Part shown: one piece after another, positions 12,801 to 24,800 of the stretch
Layout: each line of letters opens with the position of its first letter
Position numbering within the stretch: position 1 is the first letter of the stretch
From: Nemertoderma westbladi
Lineage: Eukaryota > Animalia > Xenacoelomorpha
NCBI GenBank assembly: GCA_032718475.1
Contig: JAUCBJ010001605.1
Coordinates: 1 to 39,307 of the forward strand
Length of the DNA stretch: 39,307 nt
Direction of reading: 5' to 3'
Translations under genes and position numbers: made by a program
Notes under the pieces: generated by a model
What the model was told of the DNA's origin: nothing
Database searches by the model: none
The model's input: only the letters and a program-made list of their open reading frames with translations

Positions 12801-15800
12801 TACCGTGGATATTAATTATTACAGGTGTAAAACGACTCACTAAACTGGTTTGATATTCGTCGTCCCCAAATAGTGATAATGGATAACGAAATAGTTGCTA
12901 ACCCAATTGTAGTAAAGATATTCGGCTAGTCCATGTAATATTGCGTTGTGGTCTGTTCGTGTATTTGGTAATATTGCGTTGTGGTCTGTTCGTGTATTTG
13001 GTAATATTGCGTTGTGGTCTGTTCGTGTATTTGGTAATATTGCGTTGTGGTCTGTTCGTGTATTTGGTAATATTGCGTTGCGGTCTGTTCGTGTATTTGG
13101 TAATATTGCGTTGTGGTCTGTTCGTGTATTTGCAGGATACCTTTGAACTCGGATTGGCTAACCCAACCCCAATACGCTTGGTCCGCTAGGTCGCATCAAC
13201 ATACCGATATTGCTTTGTAATTTTACTGGTTTTAATATTGTTTGGTTCATTCTATTTGGGGCTAGCCATATGGGTGGAGGTTGCACTGTTTTCTGCATGT
13301 TGCGGGATTTTTACGAATTTGAATCCCCAGCTAATGAGGTGTCTCATTAGTGGCCAGAAGGTTGTCACTTGCACGAAGCCGCATCCTCTTTGCATGAGAT
13401 TGCTTTCGCCGTGAAGTCATGTCAGTGCACGATCATAATTTTGGAGGAATCCGCTCATGCTATTGAGTCATAGAGAGAATAAGCGTGGTGGAGTTAGTAC
13501 CAATGTCTTTATAAGACGCTTCTTAAAGGATACTGGCCTTGAAGGTGCGGATAATCTCACGAAAGTCATGGGAGATATGGAGTTATGGCGGCGCAATGTT
13601 GACAAGCCGGCATAGCGGATCCTTAATAGCGGATCCGTAAAAACTTCGATAAGTTAATAGTAAACCTACCATGGATCTGGAAGTCTAACTCCTGATTGAT
13701 CCCATTAGTAAACCTACCATGGATCTGGAAGTCTAACTCCTGATTGATCCCATTAGTAAACCTACCATGGATCTGGAAGTCTAACTCCTGATTGATCCCA
13801 TTAGTAAACCTACCATGGATCTGGAAGTCTAACTCCTGATTGATCCCATTAGTAAACCTACCATGGATCTGGAAGTCTAACTCCTGATTGATCCCAATAG
13901 TAAACCTACCATGGATCTGGAAGTCTAACTCCTGATTGATCCCATTAGTAAACCTACCATGGATCTGGAAGTCTAACTCCTGATTGATCCCATTAGTAAA
14001 CCTACCATGGATCTGGAAGTCTAACTCCTGATTGATCCCATTAGTAAACCTACCATGGATCTGGAAGTCTAACTCCTGATAGATCCCATTAGTAAACCTA
14101 CCATGGATCTGGGAGTCTAACTCCTGATTGATCCCATTAGTAAACCTACCATGGATCTGGAAGTCTAACTCCTGATTGATCCCATTAGTAAACCTACCAT
14201 GGATCTGGAAGTCTAACTCCTGATTGATCCATTAGTAAACCTACCATGGATCTGGAAGTCTAACTCCTGATTGATCCCATTAGTAAACCTACCATGGATC
14301 TGGAAGTCTAACTCCTGATTGATCCCATTAGTAAACCTACCATGGATCTGGAAGTCTAACTCCTGATTGATCCCATTAGTTAACCTACCATGGATCTGGA
14401 AGTCTAACTCCTGATTGATCCCATTAGTAAACCTACCATGGATCTGGAAGTCTAACTCCTGATTGATCCCATTAGTAAACCTACCATGGATCTGGAAGTC
14501 TAACTCCTGATTGATCCCATTAGTTAACCTACCATGGATCTGGAAGTCTAACTCCTGATTGATCCCATTAGTAAACCTACCATGGATCTGGAAGTCTAAC
14601 TCCTGATTGATCCCATTAGTAAACCTACCATGGATCTGGAAGTCTAACTCCTGATTGATCCCATTAGTAAACCTACCATGGATCTGGAAGTCTAACTCCT
14701 GATTGATCCCATTAGTAAACCTACCATGGATCTGGAAGTCTAACTCCTGATTGATCCCATTAGTTAACCTACCATGGATCTGGAAGTCTAACTCCTGATT
14801 GATCCATTAGTAAACCTACCATGGATCTGGAAGTCTAACTCCTGATTGATCCCATTAGTTAACCTACCATGGATCTGGAAGTCTAATTCCTGATTGATCC
14901 CATTAGTAAACCTACCATGGATCTGGAAGTCTAACTCCTGATTGATCCATTAGTAAACCTACCATGGATCTGGAAGTCTAACTCCTGATTGATCCCATTA
15001 GTTAACCTACCATGGATCTGGAAGTCTAACTCCTGATTGATCCCATTAGTAAACCTACCATGGATCTGGAAGTCTAACTCCTGATTGATCCCATTAGTAA
15101 ACCTACCATGGATCTGGAAGTCTAACTCCTGATTGATCCCATTAGTAAACCTACCATGGATCTGGAAGTCTAACTCCTGATTGATCCCATTAGTAAACCT
15201 ACCATGGATCTGGAAGTCTAACTCCTGATTGATCCCATTAGTTAACCTACCATGGATCTGGAAGTCTAACTCCTGATTGATCCCATTAGTAAACCTACCA
15301 TGGATCTGGAAGTCTAACTCCTGGTTGATGCCATTAGTAACAGCCCCGATCGGCAGTCGGTAATCGAAACGGGAAATTCCAGGGAATATCCGACGAACCG
15401 TTTCGATTCGTCGACGAACGTCGCTCGAACTCTCGAGCATGGAGACCAGTTCGCTGTCGCTATGGAAACAATAAACAAAGGTAGGATTAGTGTAATAAGG
15501 TGTCTATTGGATTTTCATGTTATATTTTTAATGTTACATTTTTGGTCTGAATGGCAATGAACCACAATGAAGCCATCCAACCAGCCCGTAAATCTAAAAG
15601 ACCCCATATATACTTACCTAAGAAACATAAACCTGGAATACTCTTTGCGCTCTTTACTAATGTGGCCTTTCAGTTGTCTCAATAAAGTGTTTAGATTATT
15701 TATACCCTGAATTACTTTATGACGTAATTCGTATCCATAGCAACTGCGTTTCGCGTCGTTATTGTGAATTAGAGAATCCACTTTGGGGTCCGCCGCAATC

Positions 15801-18800
15801 CATTTCATAATTTCCTAAGAGTAAAGATATATTTATTTAACTACAAATTTGACAGTGAAGTTAATGTTTGCAATATGCATGCAGTAACAGTAGATGCGGC
15901 TAACGGACAGATGTATTCAATCCCGAGGACATTTCGGGCAATAAGGCAACCTTAGAGAGGAAACTCACCGCAAGTGAAATAAGGTCTCGTTAGTTGTTTT
16001 GGTTAGAAAACACTGCCACTGTAACCTGCTCTTTTACCTTAACGTTTTAAATAAAATACAATTAACTTTTTATGTCCACTAAACACATAGTTGGTGTTTG
16101 CAGTCAGATTGCGCCATCAACACTGGCAACTTACTAAGAAACTATCATTACAGGTATTGTAGAGCGATTGATCGACAGCCCTCCACGCTGATTGGTTCAT
16201 CAATAATCTCCGAACTGCAACCCATTTACATTGGAACTCCATCAGTGATTGGACAATGACTCCAATATCATTGACGTCATCTCTCCAACGTTTAGTTGAC
16301 GTCACCAGGTTGCCAAGGAGTGGTGACTGCAGCAAATTCTCGATTGTAATTTTGCTGTCCTAAAAATAATAGTTACTTTAATTATAAAAATGTTTTGGCT
16401 GATCATCCATTTCTCCCAATATTAGTTAATAGTCACTTCAAAAAGTCAATGCTAATAATAATTTTAATAATTAAAGGAAAACTTACCTCCACCCAATCTA
16501 AGATTTGTTCTATAGGCGCCAGGATCACGTAGGTTGATAGGACATGTTTCAGTGCTAAAAAATTAAAGATAAACAATTATTTAACTATTTGTATGGGGCG
16601 CCGTTATCGCCAAAAAGAAGTCATAATAAAAAAAAAATGGAAGTCAGAACAGAGAAAAGGAAGTCAGACAATGTAAGTGAGAAAATAGAAGTGAGAAAAC
16701 AGAAGTGAGAAAATGGAAATTAGAAAAGAGAAATTGGAGTCAGAAAATGGAAGCCCGAAACTGGAATTCAGAAAATGGTAGTGAGAAAAAATAAATGGAA
16801 GTCAGAAAATGGAAGTCAGAAAGCGGAAGTCAAAAAGTGGAAGTCAGAAATGTTATATCCCATATGCCATTTATCTCCAGCTGGACAACGCCCAAAGAGT
16901 ACGCACCGGTACCGGTACTGCAGTAGGCCCTACTGTAAAATAGAAATATGAACATAAAGAAGTACAGTAGATGGGTAGAGTACTGGTGCCGGCCAAGAAG
17001 GCCTAGATTCCGGTAAGGGCCTACTGACTGATATTCTGACTTCCACTTTCTGAGTTCAGTTTTCTTACGTCCATTTCTTTTTTCTTGGCTTTTATTTCTT
17101 TTTTCTGTCTTCCATTTGTTTTTTCAGACTTCCCTTTCCGTTTTTCTGTCTTCCATTTTCTGAGTTTCAATTTTTTACTTCCATTTTCTCATTTCCATTT
17201 CTTTTTTCTGAATTTCATTTCTTTTTTCTGGCTTCCATTTCTCTATTCTGACTTCTCTTTGGCGGTAACGGCGCCCCATATATTTGCATACGTATAAAAG
17301 TAGTTTACAAGTTTTAGGTTCAGTTTCATGGTAGTGGTAGAGTATATTGTAATAAATAGGAAAGCGGCCTTCTCTGGAATGGGTTTATTACAGACGATTC
17401 TCATAAATGCAAAATATCGAGCTACTTTACGTCACCCGTCGAACATCGATACGTATATTTAGTTGTAGGCTGTGAAATAAAGTTAACAGAGTAAAAGTAG
17501 CACGTCTCACTGTGCAGTGATACACTATAGGCAAGGCCTCGCGGTGATATATTATAAAGTCTCACCGTGGTTTAGTTTTCCCGGGTCTGTAAACCGAATA
17601 TCCGACATCTGGAACTCGGCGTTGGCCCATCGGACATCGAGTTCTTCGAGATTCTTTGCGAGTTCGTCCTCGGCAACGGCGGCGGCGAAAACTCCGTCGA
17701 TTAGGGAGGAGTGTCGGCGTAACGGGCGGAGGAAGGAAACCTGAAACTGGTTGGTCGGGGGCGCCACATCCATACCGTGGAATATGGTCGACCAATGGTG
17801 AGACTAAGGGAGAATATAAGAACCAATGGCGGGGTTAGGGAGAGAATATAAGAACCAATGGCGGGGTTAGGGAGAGAATATAAGGACCAATGGTGGGGTT
17901 AGGGAGAGAATATAAGGACCAATGGTGGGGTTGGGTTAGGGAGAGAATATAAGGACCAATGGTGGGGTTAGGGAGAGAATATAAGGACCAATGGTGGGGT
18001 TAGGGAGAGAATATAAGGACCAATGGTGGGGTTAGGGAGAGAATATAAGGACCAATGGTGGGGTTAGGGAGAGAATATAAGGACCAATGGTGGGGTTAAG
18101 GAGATAATATAGATATAAAATGGTAACTGGATAACGGATTAATATTAATAACAAATAGGCAATGTAGCCAATTAAGGCCATGATTGACATTCCACTGCAC
18201 AAATATTGGTGAAAAAACAGCAGAGAATATACAGTCCATAGAAATGAAAACCGACACATAACCGACCTATTTATTAGGGGCTATACTAAACTACATAGGC
18301 CCTACAGTATATAACTACAGTATATTAACTGCAGTGAAGGATAGTGTCCCTCCTGCGCAAAGCAAAATATACAAAAAGTCCAATATTTAAAAATCGTTGT
18401 CTACAGCTTCCATATAAATACTCATATAATTGGTTCAATTTAAATATCGAGGGCTAATGCGAAAAATAGTTTCCTAGATACTTTATAAGAAGATCCTTAA
18501 AGGGAAGCACAGCATAAAATGAATGACACATGAATATTTATTGCAATTCTACATTAACTGACGCTGTAAGCCCTTACTTACCTTTATAGCTGGATGTCTA
18601 AGTTTATGGAAGTAAGGAATATCTTTCTCCCAATCTTTCATGATGGCTCTCCAGTATTCCAGAACCTCATCGTAACCATGACGATCAAGCAATTCTTCGC
18701 AATTAATTGATCTATTAAACCATTCCTTAAGTTTATTCGAGGTTTTTAGAACATTGAACTATAAAACATAAATAAACTCTTAGTAAAAGTTGTTCGTCCA

Positions 18801-21800
18801 TTAGGCCTACGCGAAATTTTGGGCAAAATATTGTTTAAAGCAAATAATCTGACAATTAAATTATCCATCATTTACCCGTTGGGGGTTCCTCTAGTTTATC
18901 AATTACCTTATGGAACGGAGTTGTGTTCCACTCGTCTATAGTAAAACACGTTGAAGATAAATACTGCCATATCCTAAACCTCGTAGAAACATTGGTCTGC
19001 ATTACTGTGACGTCACTAAGGTCGTATGGTTCACCGAGCACACCAACTCGCTGATTGGACAATAGTTGCAGTTGTTTGATAAGGTCATCCAGCACATCCA
19101 TTCGCTGTAATTAGGGAGTGAACTAAATAGAAAGAACTAAAAAAACTAACACAATAGACGAATCCCTCCACGTAGCGAAAAAACTAACAGAATAGACAAA
19201 TCCCTCCACATAGCGAAAAAAAATCAATTAAATGAATAATGGATGAGAAATATGAAAATAACTAAATTTTTTATAGGAATTTTCATACGGAGGTGGGAAA
19301 TGAGGATGCACCACAAAGGGAGTTGAACAAGCGCTGTGGGTTTCGGCCAATTTGGCCTCCTCAGTAGGGTTATCCAGTTCAGACACTCTCCCCCGACACT
19401 GGCTAACCAGTTCAGACACTCTCTCCCGACACTGGCTAACCAGTTCAGACACTCTCTCCCGACACTGGCTAACCAGTTCAGACACTCTCTCCCGACACTG
19501 GCTAACCAGTTCAGACACTCTCTCCCGACACTGGCTAACCAGTTCAGACACTCTCTCCCGACACTGGCTAACCAGTTTAGACACTCTCCCCCGACACTGG
19601 CTAACCAGTTTAGACACTCTCTCCCGACACTGGCTAACCAGTTCAGACACTCTCTCCCGACACTGGCTAACCAGTTCAGACACTCTCTCCCGACACTGGC
19701 TATCCTGTTCAGACACTCTCACCCGACACTGGCTAACCAGTTCAGACACTTTCTCCCGTCACTGGCTATCCAGTTCAGACACTCTCTCCCGACACTGGCT
19801 AACCAGTTCAGACACTCTCTCCCGACACTGGCTAACCAGTTCAGACACTTTCTCCCGTCACTGGCTATCCAGTTCAGACAATCTCTCCCGACACTGGCTA
19901 ATCAGTTCAGACACTCTCCCATGACACTGGCTAACCAGTTCAGACACTCTCTCCCGACACTGGCTAACCAGTTCAGACACTCTCTCCCGACACTGGCTAT
20001 CCAGTTCAGACACTCTCTCCCGACACTGGTTATCCAGTTCAGACACTCTCTCCCGACACTGGCTATCCAGTTCAGACACTCTCTCCCGACACTGGCTAAC
20101 CAGTTCAGACACTTTCTCCCGACACTGGCTATCCAGTTCAGACACTCTCTCCCGACACTGGCTAACCAGTTCAGACACTCTCTCCCGACACTGGCTATCC
20201 AGTTCAGACACTCTCTCCCGACACTGGTTATCCAGTTCAGACACTCTCTCCCGACACTGGCTAACCAGTTCAGACACTTTCTCCCGACACTGGCTAACCA
20301 GTTCAGACACTCTCTCCCGACACTGGCTATCTAGTTCAGCCACTCTCTCCCGACACTGGCTAACCAGTTCAGACACTCTCTCCCGACACTGGCTATCAAG
20401 TTCAGACACTCTCCCCTGACACTGGCTAACCAGTTCAGACACTCTCCAATGACACTGGCTAACCAGTTCAGACACTCTCCCCCGACACTGGCTAACCAGT
20501 TCAGACACTCTTCCCCGACACTGGCTAACTAGTTCAGACACTCTCTCCCGACACTGGCTAACCAGTTCAGACACTCTCCCCTGACACTGGCTAACCACTT
20601 CAGACACTGTCCCATGACACTGGCTATCCAGTTCAGACACTCTCCTCTGACGCTGTCTAACCAGTTCAGACACTCTCTCCCGACACTGGCTAACCAGTTC
20701 AGACACTCTCCCCCGACACTGGTTAACCACTTCAGACACTCTCCCATGACACTGACTAACCAGTTTAGACATTCTCTCCTGACGCTGTCTAACCAGTTCA
20801 GACACTTTCTCCCGACACTGGCTATCCAGTTTAGACACTCTCTCCCGACACTGGCTAACCAGTTCAGACAATCTCCCATTACACTGGCTAACTAGTTTGG
20901 ACACTCTCTCCCGACACTGGCTATCCAGTTCAGACACTCTCTCCCGACACTGGCTAACCAGTTCAGACACTCTCCCCCGACACTGGCTATCCAGTTCAGA
21001 CACTATCTCCCGACACTGGCTAACCAGTTCAGACACTCTCCCCCGACACTGGCTAATCAGTTCAGACACTCTCCTAAGACACTGGCTAACCAGTTCAGAC
21101 ACTCTCTCCCGACACTGGCTAACCAGTTCAGACACTCTCCCATGACACTGGCTAACCAGTTCAGACACTCTCTCCCGACACTGGCTAACCAGTTCAGACA
21201 CTCTCCCCCGACACTGGTTAACCACTTCAGACACTCTCCCATGACACTGGCTAACCAGTTCAGACACTCTCTCCCGACACTGGCTATCCAGTTCAGACAC
21301 TCTCTCCCGACACTGGCTAACCAGTTCAGACACTCTCTCATGACACTGGCTAACTAGTTTGGACACTCTCTCCCGACACTGGCTATCCAGTTCAGACACT
21401 CTCTCCCGACACTGGCTAACCAGTTCAGACACTCTCTCCTGACGCTGTCTAACCAGTTCAGACACTCTCTCCCGACACTGGCTATCCAGTTCAGACACTC
21501 TCTCCCGACACTGGCTAACCAGTTCAGACACTCTCTCATGACACTGGCTAACTAGTTTGGACACTCTCTCCCGACACTGGCTATCCAGTTCAGACACTCT
21601 CCTCTGACGCTGTCTAACCAGTTCAGACACTCTCTCCCGACACTGGCTAACCACTTCAGACACTGTCCCATGACACTGGCTATCCAGTTCAGACACTCTC
21701 CTCTGACGCTGTCTAACCAGTTCAGACACTCTCTCCCGACACTGGCTAACCAGTTCAGACACTCTCCCCCGACACTGGTTAACCACTTCAGACACTCTCC

Positions 21801-24800
21801 CATGACACTGACTAACCAGTTTAGACACTCTCTCCTGACGCTGTCTAACCAGTTCAGACACTTTCTCCCGACACTGGCTATCCAGTTTAGACACTCTCTC
21901 CCGACACTGGCTAACCAGTTCAAACAATCTCCCATTACACTGGCTAACTAGTTTGGACACTCTCTCCCGACACTGGCTATCCAGTTCAGACACTCTCTCC
22001 CGACACTGGCTAACCAGTTCAGACACTCTCCCCCGACACTGGCTATCCAGTTCAGACACTATCTCCCGACACTGGCTAACCAGTTCAGACACTCTCCCCC
22101 GACACTGGCTAATCAGTTCAGACACTCTCCTAAGACACTGGCTAACCAGTTCAGACACTCTCTCCCGACACTGGCTAACCAGTTCAGACACTCTCCCCCG
22201 ACACTGGTTAACTACTTCAGACACTCTCCCATGACACTGGCTAACCAGTTCAGACACTCTCTCCCGACACTGGCTATCCAGTTCAGACACTCTCTCCCGA
22301 CACTGGCTAACCAGTTCAGACACTCTCTCATGACACTGGCTAACTAGTTTGGACACTCTCTCCCGACACTGGCTATCCAGTTCAGACACTCTCTCCCGAC
22401 ACTGGCTAACCAGTTCAGACACTCTCTCCTGACGCTGTCTAACCAGTTCAGACACTCTCTCCCGACACTGGCTATCCAGTTCAGACACTCTCTCCCGACA
22501 CTGGCTAACCAGTTCAGACACTCTCTCATGACACTGGCTAACTAGTTTGGACACTCTCTCCCGACACTGGCTATCCAGTTCAGACACTCTCTCCCGACAC
22601 TGGCTAACCAGTTCAGACACTCTCCCCCGACACTGGCTAATCAGTTCAGATACTCTCCCATGACACTGGCTAACCAGTTCAGACACTCTCTCCCGACACT
22701 GGCTAACCAGTTCAGACACTCTCCCATGACACTGGCTAACCAGTTCAGACACTCTCCCCCGACACTGGCTAACCAGTTCAGACACTCTCCAATGACACTG
22801 GCTAACCAGTTCAGACACTCTCTCCCGACACTGGCTATCAAGTTCAGACACTCTCCCCTGACACTGGCTAACCAGTTCAGACACTCTCCAATGACAATGG
22901 CTACCATTTCAGACACTCTCCCCCGACAATGGCTAACCAGTTCAGACACTCTCCCCCGACACTGGCTAACCAGTTCAGACACTCTCTCCCGACACTGACT
23001 AACCAGTTCAGACACTCTCCCCCGACACTGGCTAACCAGTTCAGACACTCTCCCATGACACTGGCTAACCAGTTCAGACACTCTCCCCCGACACTGGCTA
23101 ACCAGTTCAGACACTCCCTCCCGACACTGGCTATCAAGTTCAGACACTCTCCCCTGACACTGGCTAACCAGTTCAGACACTCTCCAATGACAATGGCTAC
23201 CATTTCAGACACTCTCCCCCGACAATGGCTAACCAGTTCAGACACTCTCCCCCGACACTGGCTAACCAGTTCAGACACTCTCCCATGACACTGGCTTACC
23301 AGTTCAGACACTCTCCCATGACACTGGCTAACCAGTTCAGACACTCTCCCCTGACACTGGCTAACCAGTTCAGACACTCTCCCATGACATTGGTTAAACA
23401 GTTCAGACACTCTCCCCCGACACCCTGACGCTGGCTAACCAGTTCAGACACTCTCCCCCTACACTGGCTAACCAGTTCAGACTCTCTCCCCCGACACTGG
23501 CTAACCAGTTCAGACTGTCTCCCATGACACTGGCTAACCAGTTTGGACACTCTCTCCCGACACTGGCTATCCAATTCAGACACTGTCCTCTGACACTGGC
23601 TAACCAGTTCAGACTGGCTAACCAGTTCAGACTGGCTAACCAGTTCAGACACTCTCTTCCGACACTGGCTAACCAATTCAGACACTCTCCCCTGACGCTG
23701 GCTAACCAGTTCAGACACTGTCCTCTGACACTGGCTAACCAGTTCAGATACTCTCCCCCGACACTGGCTAACCAGTTCAGACACTCTCCCCTGACGCTGG
23801 CTAACCAGTTCAGACACTGTCCTCTGACACTGGCTAACCAGTTCAGACTGGCTAACCAGTTCAGACACTCTCCCATGACACTGGCTAACCAGTTCAGACA
23901 CTCTCTCCCGACACTGGCAACCAGTTCAGACACTCTCCCCTGACGCTGGCTAACCAGTTCAGACACTGTCCTCTGACACTGGCTAACCAGTTCAGACTGG
24001 CTAACCAGTTCAGACTGGCTAACCAGTTCAGACACTCTCCTCTGACACTGGCTAACCAGTTCAGCCACTGTCCTCTGACACTGGCTAACCAGTTCAGACT
24101 GGCTAACCAGTTCAGACACTCTCCTCTGACACTGGCTAACCAGTTCAGACACTGTCCTCTGACACTGGCTAACCAGTTCAGACTGGCTAACCAGTTCAGA
24201 CACTCTCTTCCGACACTGGCTAACCAATTCAGACACTCTCCCCTGACGCTGGGTAACCAGTTCAGACACTGTCCTCTGACACTGGCTAACCAGTTCAGAC
24301 ACTCTCCCCCGACACTGGTTAACCAGTTCAGACACTCTCCTCTGACACTGGCTAACCAGTTCAGACACTGTCCTCTGACACTGGCTAACCAGTTCAGACT
24401 GGCTAACCAGTTCAGACACTTTCCCCTGACGCTGGCTAACCAGTTCAGACACTCTCCCCCGACACTGGCTAACCAGTTCAGACACTCTCCCCTGACGTTG
24501 GCTAACCAGTTCAGACACTCTCCCCTGACGCTGGCTGACCAGTTCAGACACTCTCCTCTGACGCTGGCTAACCAGTTCAGACACTCTCCCCCGACACTGG
24601 CTAACCAGTTCAGACACTCTCTCCTGACACTGGCTAACCAGTTCAGACACTCTCCCCTGACGTTGGCTAACCAGTTCAGACATTCTCCCCTGACGCTGGC
24701 TAACCAGTTCAGACACTCTGCTCCGACACTGGCTAACCAGTTCAGACACTCTGCCCTGACGTTGGCTAACCAGTTCAGACACTCTCTCCCGACACTGGCT

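Noticed and set aside
13658-15340. CRISPR-like appearance of the regular arrays (also 31553-35671 and 37458-38913)
   Set aside because: Units are contiguous with no unique spacers, there are no cas genes, and the context is eukaryotic introns.
17425-17470. Small exon candidate after tttcacag
   Set aside because: In-frame stop in the required phase; exon 17566 joins 16554 correctly without it.
17830-18070. GGGTTAGGG as interstitial telomeric repeat
   Set aside because: Only one TTAGGG per 32-bp unit; better explained as a mutated acceptor copy.
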